From an uncultured Clostridiaceae bacterium (GTDB lineage: Bacteria; Bacillota; Clostridia; Peptostreptococcales; T1SED10-28), in the NCBI GenBank assembly GCA_964613365.1, contig CAZTIJ010000001.1, positions 1-32,790 on the forward strand: a stretch of 32,790 nucleotides of DNA, written 5' to 3'. Shown piece after piece: positions 9,165 through 18,223 of the stretch. Numbering within the stretch: the first letter of the stretch is position 1; each line of letters begins with the position of its first letter. A program made the translations under genes and the position numbers. The notes below the pieces were generated by a model. That model saw only the letters and a program-made list of their open reading frames with translations, was not told the origin of the DNA and ran no database searches.

Positions 9165-10556
9165 ATGGCATTTGAATTGGATAAACATATAAAACATATA
9201 CATTTAATCGGAATCGGAGGCGTGAGCATGAGTGGCATCGCCGAGATCCTGCTAAAGGAAGGATTCACCGTGTCGGGATCGGATATGGCCGCCACCCCCA
9301 TCACCGAAAGATTAAAATCCCAGGGGGCCCGGGTGGACTTCGGTCATGAAGGAACCCTGGTTGAGGAGGCGGACCTGATCGTGTACTCCGCCGCCATCAA
9401 AGCCGACAATCCCGAACGGGTGCTGGGAAGAAAGGGAAAGATTCCGGAAATCGACCGGGCGAAAATGCTGGGAAAAATCATGAAAAGCTACCCCCATGCC
9501 ATTGCCATCGCCGGATCCCACGGAAAAACCACCACCACTTCCTTTATCTCCCTGCTGTTGGAGTACTCGAATCTGGACCCTACCATTATGGTGGGGGGCA
9601 ATTTGGCGGAAATCGGAGGCAATATCAAAATCGGCAACAGCGATTATTTTGTAACCGAGGCCTGTGAGTACTACGAAAGCTTTTTGCAGTTCCGTCCTCA
9701 AATCGGGGTGCTTTTAAACATCGACAGGGACCACCTGGATTATTTTCAGGATATGGACCATATCATCCGGGCCTTTCAGGGCTTCGGAGAGCTGATTCCC
9801 CCGACGGGACATCTGATCGCCTTTAACGACAATGTTCATATTCAAAAAATCCTTCCCCAGCTCCACTGTCAAAAGATCACCTACGGCCTGGGAGAGGGTT
9901 CGGATTTCACGGCGAAAAACGTGGTTTTCAACGATTTGGCCCACCCCACCTTTGATCTTTATTACCAGGGGGAAAAACTGGGTCCCATCACCCTGAAGAT
10001 CCCGGGCATGCATAACGTCTATAACGCCCTGGCCGCCATTGCCACGGCCTATGTATTGGGGATTTCCCTCGGGGACATCCAAAAGAACATCACCCGCTTT
10101 AAGGGGATCCACCGTCGCTTCGATGTGCTGGGCAAGGTGAAAGGAGCCACCATCGTGGACGACTACGCCCACCACCCGGCGGAAATCGAGGCCACCCTGG
10201 AGGCCGTCGGTAACTATAAGCACCGTAAGGTGTGGTGTGTGTTTCAGCCCCATACCTTCAGCCGCACCAAGGCCCTGCTGGAGGACTTTTCCCGGGCCTT
10301 CGCCCGGGCGGACCATGTGATCCTGGCCGACATCTACGCCGCCCGGGAAAAAGACGACGGCGCCGTCAGCAGCGAAAGTCTGCTGGCGCTGATGAAGCAC
10401 CACCCCGAGACCTACTACTTAAAAAGTTTCGAAGAAATCCGGGACTTTCTCTACCCCCGGATCCAGCCGGGAGACATTGTGCTGACCATGGGGGCCGGGG
10501 ACGTCTACCGCATCGGAGAAATGCTCCTGGAACTGGATGACAGCGGGACAAAATAA
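9165..10556 (+). CDS. murC: UDP-N-acetylmuramate--L-alanine ligase
   Basis: [54 protein letters not shown]. Confidence 0.96.
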   Translation: MAFELDKHIKHIHLIGIGGVSMSGIAEILLKEGFTVSGSDMAATPITERLKSQGARVDFGHEGTLVEEADLIVYSAAIKADNPERVLGRKGKIPEIDRAKMLGKIMKSYPHAIAIAGSHGKTTTTSFISLLLEYSNLDPTIMVGGNLAEIGGNIKIGNSDYFVTEACEYYESFLQFRPQIGVLLNIDRDHLDYFQDMDHIIRAFQGFGELIPPTGHLIAFNDNVHIQKILPQLHCQKITYGLGEGSDFTAKNVVFNDLAHPTFDLYYQGEKLGPITLKIPGMHNVYNALAAIATAYVLGISLGDIQKNITRFKGIHRRFDVLGKVKGATIVDDYAHHPAEIEATLEAVGNYKHRKVWCVFQPHTFSRTKALLEDFSRAFARADHVILADIYAAREKDDGAVSSESLLALMKHHPETYYLKSFEEIRDFLYPRIQPGDIVLTMGAGDVYRIGEMLLELDDSGTK

Positions 10557-10605
10557 CACCACACCGCATGGATCAAAATCGATCAAGGTTTGATCAAAAA
10601 TTAAT

Positions 10606-10646
10606 CAAAAATGTACCACGGGGTCTGACCCCGTGGTACATTTTTG
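10606..10646. repeat. Perfect 41-bp REP-like palindrome, probably also a bidirectional terminator
   Basis: CAAAAATGTACCACGGGGTC-T-GACCCCGTGGTACATTTTTG between convergent murC and the transglutaminase gene. Same family as 4297-4372. Confidence 0.9.
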
Positions 10647-10674
10647 TTCTATCCCGAAGGGGACCATTCCTCCC

Positions 10675-13005
10675 TTACTCCGGTCTTCGGTCCCCTCCGC
10701 TGTCATCGCTTACCAAAAATTGCCGGCGGATGTACTTGCTGTAGAGGTAGCGTCTTTTCCCCCAGTCGTTTTTCAGACGATCCTCCAGTCGCCGACGATA
10801 GGCGAGAAACAGTTGGACGTCCTCTTCCCTCAGGGGAACATCACCGTATTTGCTCTGGACGAAAATATGGGTCAAGTCCTTAATGCCGGTTTTCCGTTCC
10901 TCGTACAGCTTATAGGCAATCCGGTCGGCGAACTCGTAGTGGGTCTCCCCCTCCTCCGGCCGCTGACCCAGTTTTTCAATGAGGCTAAGGGCGTAGGCGT
11001 AAAGACAGAGGACTTTCTTTTTCGCCGGCCAGCTGGCCATCTGTCGTTCCCGACGGCGGTACTGCATGACACCGTATAGGAACCTTGCGGGCATAAATCC
11101 GATGAAAATCAGGGCCAGGGCAATGATCCCTGTGCGGGTTACCGCCGGAGAAACGGCGGCCTCGGGTTCCCCGGCGGCGCCTCCCCGGTCCCCGGACTGC
11201 ACATCATCGTCCACATCGATGCCCAGATCATCAAAGGCATCCTCTTCGGGGTCGTCCATATCCACAGCTCCCTCTTCCTCATCCTCCATATCCAGCAGCG
11301 CGTCCTGACGGTAGGGCTGGGGAAAGGCGGCGGTGGGTTCGAATTTTACCCAACCCACGGGCTCGATGAAGGCCTCCACCCAGGTATGGGCATGACGCTG
11401 TCGGACTTCATAAACCCCGGGCTCATCCTCCAGCTCGTCCCGGGCCACGTAGCCTTCAATATACCGCACGGGAATCCCTTGCAAACGGAGCATCACCGCC
11501 ATGGCCGTGGCGTAGTAGGTGCAGTACCCTTCCTGGGATTCAAACAGGAAGTGATCCACAAACTCTTCGTTTAGGGGCAGGGCTTCCACCTGGGTATTGT
11601 ATTCATAGTTTTCCCGGAGATGGACCTCGATGGCCCGGGCTTTCTCATAGTCGTTCTCGGCTTCGGCTTCCTCCACAATGGTTTCCGTCAACTCCCGGGT
11701 TCGCTGGGTGATCTCCTCCTCGGGAAGCTGCAAATAGACCTCTTTATCCTCCAGGTCCTCCAGGGAAAGATCAATGTCGGACTCAATAAGCTCTCCGTAG
11801 GGCCGGGGCCTTTGCGCTTTGACGGTATAGCTTTCCCGTTGATAGACGCCTTCGGGAAAGAGCAGGGCCCCGTCCCGGTTCACAATCACTTCCTCCCCCC
11901 GGCTGGAGCGTACCTCCACCGGTTGAAAGGGAGCGAACAGGCTTTGGGAGGCGAACTCCTGATGGGTGATGGTAAAAAAGGCCTGACGATAGTATTGGTC
12001 CTCCGCCTCCCGGGTAAGACCGCTGAAGTCCTCGGCCAGGGAGTAGGTATTGGAAGGCTCGGTGATGGTCTCCCATCGATTGTCTCCATAGGTGTGGCGG
12101 ACATTTCCCCGGAGATAACTGGAATCCGAGGCCTCCACATGCATCACCACCCGGCCGCTGAGGTTCACCGGCCCTCCCAGACGGTTGCTTTCCCGCTGAA
12201 AACCCGTGGAGGTAAATTCGAAGGTGTCCGCTTCCCGGGCTCCCCGGGTGTACTGGCTGTCGGAGCGCATATCCTCCACAAAGGGAAACACGTCATAGAC
12301 CCGCTGTTCCAGCCACTGCCATTCCATGGCATTGCCGGATTTCGGAAGGATCATGGCCAGGATAATAATCAGGGCACTGTAAATCCCCACGGTCTGAATC
12401 CAGGGGCCGTAGAGGCTGTCCATGCGGTTTCGCTCGGTTCCTTCCCAGTCCTGCTGTTCCTCAAAGTATTTGTTCATGCCGAAGAGGACCAAGAAGGCCA
12501 CAATAAAAATCACGGTCATCCCGTAGGCCTGGTCGATGTAAATATACCAGTAGTAGATGTAGGAGCCCAGATACACGGGCAGCAGCCAGTAAATCCGCTT
12601 TTCCCTAAAGATGATAAAGGCGGTAAAAAGGGCAATGAGCCCCAGTAAAATTCCCCAAAACCATAACACGTTTTCCGAAAAGATGAACTCCTCTCCCCGA
12701 AGATGGTGAAAGATGTTGGAAAAAAGGGCCACCCCCCGCTGAATCACCCTTTCCAGCACCGGGGTTACGTAGCGGTGGACCACCAGAAGGGAGGTCATGG
12801 CCAGGACCGTAAGAATATAAAAAACCAGAGGCTTTTTCATGAAAAACACCACGGCCAGACTTCCCAGCAGCACAATGAGGAACTGGAAAAACGGGTTCAG
12901 CTCCACCCCGATGACCACGCCGTAGACATAAAGAAGGCTGAAGACCATGGCGATATAGGCGATGTAGGTTATTAATTTTTGGCTTGTACTGAGATTTCTA
13001 TACAT
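10675..13005 (-). CDS. Membrane-bound transglutaminase-like protein (TgpA/YebA type, with a DUF4129-like C-terminus)
   Basis: About 7 N-terminal TM helices. TGase core GYCTYYA..HAHTWVE..WVKFEPT (Cys-His-acid triad), an acidic linker, one further TM helix, then a basic cytoplasmic domain. Confidence 0.9.
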   Translation of the reverse strand: MYRNLSTSQKLITYIAYIAMVFSLLYVYGVVIGVELNPFFQFLIVLLGSLAVVFFMKKPLVFYILTVLAMTSLLVVHRYVTPVLERVIQRGVALFSNIFHHLRGEEFIFSENVLWFWGILLGLIALFTAFIIFREKRIYWLLPVYLGSYIYYWYIYIDQAYGMTVIFIVAFLVLFGMNKYFEEQQDWEGTERNRMDSLYGPWIQTVGIYSALIIILAMILPKSGNAMEWQWLEQRVYDVFPFVEDMRSDSQYTRGAREADTFEFTSTGFQRESNRLGGPVNLSGRVVMHVEASDSSYLRGNVRHTYGDNRWETITEPSNTYSLAEDFSGLTREAEDQYYRQAFFTITHQEFASQSLFAPFQPVEVRSSRGEEVIVNRDGALLFPEGVYQRESYTVKAQRPRPYGELIESDIDLSLEDLEDKEVYLQLPEEEITQRTRELTETIVEEAEAENDYEKARAIEVHLRENYEYNTQVEALPLNEEFVDHFLFESQEGYCTYYATAMAVMLRLQGIPVRYIEGYVARDELEDEPGVYEVRQRHAHTWVEAFIEPVGWVKFEPTAAFPQPYRQDALLDMEDEEEGAVDMDDPEEDAFDDLGIDVDDDVQSGDRGGAAGEPEAAVSPAVTRTGIIALALIFIGFMPARFLYGVMQYRRRERQMASWPAKKKVLCLYAYALSLIEKLGQRPEEGETHYEFADRIAYKLYEERKTGIKDLTHIFVQSKYGDVPLREEDVQLFLAYRRRLEDRLKNDWGKRRYLYSKYIRRQFLVSDDSGGDRRPE

Positions 13006-14203
13006 TTTGGGCCTCCAGGATCTCCTTGATATTGGCCTTGCTGTCGATATGGTACATTGAAATGTTTTCCTGCTTCAGTTTCTTCTCCACCTGGGGATCC
13101 ACAAAACCGGTGTTGTGCTTCTGATCGGTGATCACCATAAACAGCGGGTTTAGGTTGTTCATCTTCAGCTGAATGGCCTGGGCTCCCATTTCCTTGTTCA
13201 GATTCGGGGTGACCACAATGACCGTGGCCCCCTTGGGGATCGTGGTGATCCGGGAACGGAGAAAGGTTTTAAACGCCTGCCTGCCGTCCCCCTGAAACAG
13301 GGCGAAGGCCTCTAAGAAAGGTTTCAAATCTCCTTTCTGGTGGCCGGTGATATGAAGGGGCGTCCCTCCCCGCTGGGTATCCAGGGTTATGTTGATGTTG
13401 TGGGTTAGGCAGTAATTGGTCATACAAAGAGCGGCGTCCACCACCTTGTCCTCTAAGCGGCGGTCCACATCCCGAAGAAAGTGGTGCATTTCATTGTCCA
13501 CCATCAGGGCCACATGGGTGTCCCCGCGGTTTTCATAGTTTTTAACGATCACATCCCCCTTTTTCGCCGTCATGCTCCAGTGGACCCGTTTCATGGAGTC
13601 CCCCTCCTGATAGCCCCGAAGGGAGGCCACCCGACTGCGATCCTCGAAGGCGGGATCGTTCACCCGCAGCTCGCCTAATTGCTGACTGGCGGTGATTTCG
13701 AAGGAGGAAAGGTTGATGACCTCGGGGTAAACCAGCAGGGCCCCTTCACTGGCGATCCGCTTTTTAAAGGAAAACAGGCGGAATACGTCCCGCAGGGTGA
13801 TTTCAATATCCCCCAGCTCGTAGTAGCCCCGACGCTTTAGGGTAACGGCCTGGCCCCGGACAAAGTCGGATTTCGATTCCATGGTGGTGATCTCGGGAGG
13901 ATCGATCTTTCCCGTCAGCCGTTTGGAGATGGCGCTTTGCACCTCCACAAAGGGGACGTAGAAGATGCTTCGGTTTTCCAGCCGATAGCCGATGTTGACC
14001 TGATCTCCGATGTACAAGGACCCCCTGGGCATCTGCACGGTGCCCTTGAGGCCCCCGAGGACCACCAGGTTGTGAAACACGGGAAACAACAGGGTCAACA
14101 GGAATACATAAAAGATAAAGTAGGGCATCACTCCCCCCACAAAAATCACGGCAAAGAGGAGCAGCAGCCCGGCCAGCAGCAGCACTTTTTTATTATTGAT
14201 CAT
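12998..14203 (-). CDS. DUF58 family protein (vWA-like C-terminus, N-terminal TM)
   Basis: RRGYY, LVYP, LRGYQEGDSMKRVHWSMTAK..VKNYE motif. Overlaps both neighbours. Confidence 0.9.
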   Translation of the reverse strand: MINNKKVLLLAGLLLLFAVIFVGGVMPYFIFYVFLLTLLFPVFHNLVVLGGLKGTVQMPRGSLYIGDQVNIGYRLENRSIFYVPFVEVQSAISKRLTGKIDPPEITTMESKSDFVRGQAVTLKRRGYYELGDIEITLRDVFRLFSFKKRIASEGALLVYPEVINLSSFEITASQQLGELRVNDPAFEDRSRVASLRGYQEGDSMKRVHWSMTAKKGDVIVKNYENRGDTHVALMVDNEMHHFLRDVDRRLEDKVVDAALCMTNYCLTHNINITLDTQRGGTPLHITGHQKGDLKPFLEAFALFQGDGRQAFKTFLRSRITTIPKGATVIVVTPNLNKEMGAQAIQLKMNNLNPLFMVITDQKHNTGFVDPQVEKKLKQENISMYHIDSKANIKEILEAQNV

Positions 14204-15137
14204 GGGAAATCACCGGTACCGATACCCGCTTTAAGACCCCTTCCAAAACGTCTTCAATCTGCTTGCCCTCGATTTTCGCCTCGGGGGACAGCATCAGCCG
14301 ATGGCCCAGTACCGATACCGCCATGGCCTTTACGTCGTCGGGGATTACATAGTCCCTGCCGGAGATGTAGGCCTTGGCCCGGGCGGTTTTTAACAGGTCG
14401 ATCCCCGCCCGGGGACTGGCCCCCAGTTGCAGATCCTCATAACTTCTCGTCACCCCGATGATGCCCACGATGTAATCCAGGATATCCTCATGGGCATGGA
14501 GGTCCTCCACTTCCTTTTGCATCTTCAAAATCTCTTCCTGATTGACCACCGCCCGGATATGGTCCAGACTCCGATGGGTTTTATGGTTCCGAAGGATTTG
14601 CCGTTCAAAACTTTTTTCCGGATACCCCAAAGACAGGCGCATTAAAAACCGGTCCAACTGGGCCTCGGGCAGGGGAAAGGTTCCCTGGTACTCCAAGGGG
14701 TTTTGGGTTGCCAGAACCATAAAGGGTTTGTCCAACACGTAGTGCTTGTCCTCCGTGGACACCTCTCCCTCTTCCATGGCCTGGAGCAGGCTGGACTGGG
14801 TTTTCGGGGAGGTTCGGTTGATCTCATCGGCCAGAAACACCTGATGAAAGATCGGCCCCTTCTTAAAGGCAAAGGTGCCGGTTTTCGGCTCATAAATATT
14901 GACCCCGATGATATCCGAGGGCATCAAGTCCGGGGTGAACTGCACCCGTTTATAGGATAAATCCATGGTCTTGGACAGGGCCTTTACCAAGGTGGTTTTC
15001 CCCACCCCGGGGACATCCTCGATCAACAAATGCCCCTTGGCCAGCAGGGCGATGAGCACCTTTTCCAGGACCTCCTCCTTTCCGATGATCACCTGCTTTA
15101 AATTTTCCAATATTTTCTGTGAATGTTCCTTCGCCAT
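14193..15137 (-). CDS. MoxR family AAA+ ATPase
   Basis: HLLIEDVPGVGKT, RVQFTPDLMPSD, LADEINRTSPKTQSSLL, ATQNP, LPEAQLDRF, GASPR. RBS AGGAGG before ATG 15137. Confidence 0.95.
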   Translation of the reverse strand: MAKEHSQKILENLKQVIIGKEEVLEKVLIALLAKGHLLIEDVPGVGKTTLVKALSKTMDLSYKRVQFTPDLMPSDIIGVNIYEPKTGTFAFKKGPIFHQVFLADEINRTSPKTQSSLLQAMEEGEVSTEDKHYVLDKPFMVLATQNPLEYQGTFPLPEAQLDRFLMRLSLGYPEKSFERQILRNHKTHRSLDHIRAVVNQEEILKMQKEVEDLHAHEDILDYIVGIIGVTRSYEDLQLGASPRAGIDLLKTARAKAYISGRDYVIPDDVKAMAVSVLGHRLMLSPEAKIEGKQIEDVLEGVLKRVSVPVISHDQ

Positions 15138-15184
15138 AATACGCCTCCTGTCTGAATAGTTTGAACCTTTTCGGGAAAAATATA

Positions 15185-15233
15185 GCACAAAGGGGACGGA
15201 GGTGTTTGAGTCATCACCTCCGAGCCCTTGTGC
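15185..15233. other. GC-rich imperfect hairpin between the peptidase and moxR (terminator or REP-like element)
   Basis: GCACAAAGGGGACGGAGGTG-N10-CACCTCCGAGCCCTTGTGC. Confidence 0.55.
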
Positions 15234-15253
15234 CTTGGTTCCCGGGGAAGGTT

Positions 15254-16363
15254 TTAAAAAATGGTCATCAACTGAAAGGTGACCTTCGCCGTGTTGTTTA
15301 AGTCCTCAATGGAGATATGCTCCTCTAAGGTGTGGGGCTTTTTCATGCCCACGCCCAGATTCAGGGACGTTACTCCATTTCCGTTGAAAATATTGGTATC
15401 GGAGCCCCCACCGGTGGATGCGGTTTGTCCGTCGATGCCGATGTTTTTAAAGGCTTCCTTGGTTTTTTCTACGATTTCATGGTCTTCCGGGATGTTAAAG
15501 GGCGGGTATACCCGCTCGTGCTCGATGTCCACGGTGGCTCCCATTTCCTCGGCGGTTTTTTCAAAGACTTCGATCATGTGGTTGGTTTGGGCCTCCACCT
15601 TGTCTTCCCGGGAGCTTCTGGCTTCCGCTTTGATCTCCAGCTTGGGCATCACCACGTTGGTGGCTTCTCCCCCCTGTACCACACCGATGTTCGCCGTGGT
15701 ATCCTGGTCCACCCGAAGGAGCTTCATGTTTTCAATGGCCTTGGCCGCCACCATAATGGCGGAGATCCCCTCTTCGGGAGCCAAACCGGCGTGGGCCGGC
15801 CGCCCATGGATGGTTACCTTCAGGCTGTCCTGGGTGGGTCCCTGGGTGACGATTTCCCCCGAGGATCCGGCGCTGTCCAGGACGAAACCGTATTCCGCAT
15901 TGATTTTGCTGAAGTCTAGGTTCTTCGACCCGAATAGTCCTCCCTCTTCCCAAATGGAGAAGACCACTTGAATATCCCGGTGGGACTTCTTTTGTTCCTT
16001 TACCTGTTTGATGCCTTCCAGTACCGAGGCAATGCCCGCTTTGTCGTCGGATCCCAGAATCGTGGTACCGTCGGAATAAATGACCCCGTCCCGGATTTGG
16101 GGTTTTACCCCTTCCCCGGGCTTTACCGTATCCATATGGCAGGAAAACAGGATCGGGTCCCCGGCCTTGTCCCCCTTCAGGGTGGCAATAATGTTTCCCG
16201 TCTCTCCACCGACTTTTTCACCGGCGTCGTCCTGGGTTACTTCAAGGCCCAGGGCTTCCAATTTTTCAACCAATACCTTGGCAATTTTCCCTTCCTTTGC
16301 GGAGTGGGAATCAATTTGTACCAATTCCAAAAACTCATCCAATAACCGTTTTTCGTTTATCAT
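15254..16363 (-). CDS. M20 family peptidase T-like metallopeptidase (YqjE type)
   Basis: SCHMDTV, GSDDKAG, WEEGG, AHAG..PE.G, TGGGSD, HTLEE metal ligands. RBS AAGGAGG. Confidence 0.92.
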   Translation of the reverse strand: MINEKRLLDEFLELVQIDSHSAKEGKIAKVLVEKLEALGLEVTQDDAGEKVGGETGNIIATLKGDKAGDPILFSCHMDTVKPGEGVKPQIRDGVIYSDGTTILGSDDKAGIASVLEGIKQVKEQKKSHRDIQVVFSIWEEGGLFGSKNLDFSKINAEYGFVLDSAGSSGEIVTQGPTQDSLKVTIHGRPAHAGLAPEEGISAIMVAAKAIENMKLLRVDQDTTANIGVVQGGEATNVVMPKLEIKAEARSSREDKVEAQTNHMIEVFEKTAEEMGATVDIEHERVYPPFNIPEDHEIVEKTKEAFKNIGIDGQTASTGGGSDTNIFNGNGVTSLNLGVGMKKPHTLEEHISIEDLNNTAKVTFQLMTIF

Positions 16364-16479
16364 TGTTCTGCCTCCTTTTTCAACTGGTTTTCACAGGCTT
16401 TCCTCCATGCCACCGCTGTACCGGGGGATGGTCTGTATTAAAAAATTCATATGTTTTAATTAAATCATTCATCTTTTCC

Positions 16480-16508
16480 ATTATAGCAAAACTTTTTGAG
16501 GATTGCCA
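16480..16508 (-). promoter_or_regulatory. SigA promoter of the peptidase gene
   Basis: TGGCAA-N17-TATAAT with extended TG. Confidence 0.6.
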
Positions 16509-16528
16509 GCAGGTTCTTATCCTCCGGT

Positions 16529-17392
16529 CTATTTTTCCTCCTCTTGGGAAAAAGCCTCCATGATTCTTTTATAATCCTCCACGCTGAGGTTCTCCGCCCG
16601 TTTTTTCGGATCCACCTCCGCCATCTCCAGGGCCTTTCGAACCCGGTCCTTGGAGTAGCCCAGATTCCCTGAGCTCAGGGAGTTCAGCAGGGTTTTTCTC
16701 CGCTTTCCGAAGGCATCCTTTACGATGCCGAAGAGAAGCTTTCGCTGGGGAATGGTTAAATTGTCGGCCTTCGGGGTCAGGGTAATCACCGAGGAGGCCA
16801 CCTTGGGCCTGGGCAAAAACACACTGGGGGGCACCGTCAACACTTCCCGGACGTCGGCATATAGATTGCAGGCCACGGTCAAGGCCCCGTAGGCCTTCAC
16901 GTCCTTTGAGGACAGGATCCGATCCGCCACTTCCTTTTGAATCATCACGGTGATGGAATGAATGGGAGCGTCCCCCTCCAACAGGGCCATGATAATGGGG
17001 GTGGTGACATAATAGGGAAGGTTCGCCACCACTTTAAAGCCTTCCTCCAGCCCTTTTTCCCGCTTCAGGTCCGATAAATCCAGGTCTAAAATATCCTGAT
17101 GGATCACCTCGATATTGTCCCGATGGGCCAAAGTCTTTTCCAGGATCGGAATCAGGTTCCGGTCAATCTCCACGGCGATGACTTTTTTCGCCTTTTCCGA
17201 AAGGATCTCCGTCATACTGCCGATCCCCGGGCCGATTTCCAACACCGTGTCCTCCTTCGTAACCCCGGCGCCTTCAATGATGTTTTCGATCACGTTGCCG
17301 TCGATCAGAAAGTTCTGCCCCAGGGATTTTCGCATCCGGTGGCCGTACTCGCTGAGGATCGTACGGGTTCTTGTGGGGGTTGCAATTCTCAT
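16529..17392 (-). CDS. rsmA: 16S rRNA m6,2A dimethyltransferase KsgA
   Basis: KSLGQNFL, LEIGPGIG, EID, VANLPYY, MIQKEVA. Start 17392 overlaps the rnmV stop (ATGA). Confidence 0.97.
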   Translation of the reverse strand: MRIATPTRTRTILSEYGHRMRKSLGQNFLIDGNVIENIIEGAGVTKEDTVLEIGPGIGSMTEILSEKAKKVIAVEIDRNLIPILEKTLAHRDNIEVIHQDILDLDLSDLKREKGLEEGFKVVANLPYYVTTPIIMALLEGDAPIHSITVMIQKEVADRILSSKDVKAYGALTVACNLYADVREVLTVPPSVFLPRPKVASSVITLTPKADNLTIPQRKLLFGIVKDAFGKRRKTLLNSLSSGNLGYSKDRVRKALEMAEVDPKKRAENLSVEDYKRIMEAFSQEEEK

Positions 17393-17967
17393 TTCTCTTC
17401 CCTCCCTTTCCTGTGCTCGGATAATTGAATCAGGGCGTCCTGCCACTCTTCCCGGGTGACCCCGTAGTGGTTCAGGCGGTTCAAAAACTGTTTCGCGTTT
17501 CCGTAGCCGATGCCCAGGATTTTTCCCAGGCGGTCCCGTCGGTCCGTGGCGCCGTCCACCCCTAAAAGCCCTTCTTTCATCAGGTCTGCTTTGGTAAACT
17601 CATCCCGTGGCGTTTGCAGCTCGCACCGGGCCCGCTCCAGGGCCAGCAGGATGTTTTGGGGACTGGCGTTTTCAATGCCCACGTTGCCCTCCTTCAGGGC
17701 GTCCTCCTTGGGGATGAAGGCATGCTTCGCCTCCGTCACCGCCTTGGTCACCTCCCGGCGGATCCATTCCCCGGGATAGTCGGGATCGGTGAGAATGATG
17801 ATTCCCTTCCGTTTCGCCGCCCCCTTAATCTGCTCTAAGGTCCCCTTGGGCAGGGAAAACCCTCCCGTGGCAATGATTTCCGCCTTCACCGCCCGCTTTA
17901 CCTGGGAGATATCGTCCTTGCCCTCCACCACAATAACTTCCTTGATCTCTTTTTTCTTTGGCTCCAT
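17389..17967 (-). CDS. rnmV: Ribonuclease M5
   Basis: Toprim IVVEGKDD, LTDPDYPGE.IR, VGIENAS, LGIGYGNAKQFLNRLN. Adjacent to rsmA. Confidence 0.95.
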   Translation of the reverse strand: MEPKKKEIKEVIVVEGKDDISQVKRAVKAEIIATGGFSLPKGTLEQIKGAAKRKGIIILTDPDYPGEWIRREVTKAVTEAKHAFIPKEDALKEGNVGIENASPQNILLALERARCELQTPRDEFTKADLMKEGLLGVDGATDRRDRLGKILGIGYGNAKQFLNRLNHYGVTREEWQDALIQLSEHRKGREEK

Positions 17968-18175
17968 ACTATCACTCTACCTCATTTATCTGTAAGTTTT
18001 CGACGATTTTTCCGCCGTGGGTTGTCTTTTTTCTATTATAAACCCTGCCGGAGAATTTTCCTAGTCCTTTTCCGCCTCACCCCGAGCGGGGATGGCTGTG
18101 ACAGCGCGACCGAGTTTCTGTCCCCTTTCCCCTTCCTTGAGGAAAAACGTAACAGAAACTCCACGGAAAACACGG

Positions 18176-18207
18176 AAAAAAAGGAGCCGAGGTTTCCCCC
18201 AGCTCCT
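18176..18207 (-). terminator. Intrinsic terminator of abgT
   Basis: Minus strand AGGAGCTGGGGG-AAA-CCTCGGCTCC followed by T7. Confidence 0.75.
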
Positions 18208-18223
18208 AAAGCAAACGAACGTA

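Noticed and set aside
11620-12648. 342-aa plus-strand ORF opposite the transglutaminase gene, and similar nested ORFs across the window (e.g. 9714-10403, 15279-15971, 26911-27504)
   Set aside because: Fully overlap well-supported genes on the other strand and have shadow-frame composition.
16413-16436. CCGCTGTACCGGGGGATGGTCTGT in the peptidase leader, resembling half of the REP palindrome
   Set aside because: Only an 11-nt match to one arm with no palindrome. Cannot be separated from chance by eye.
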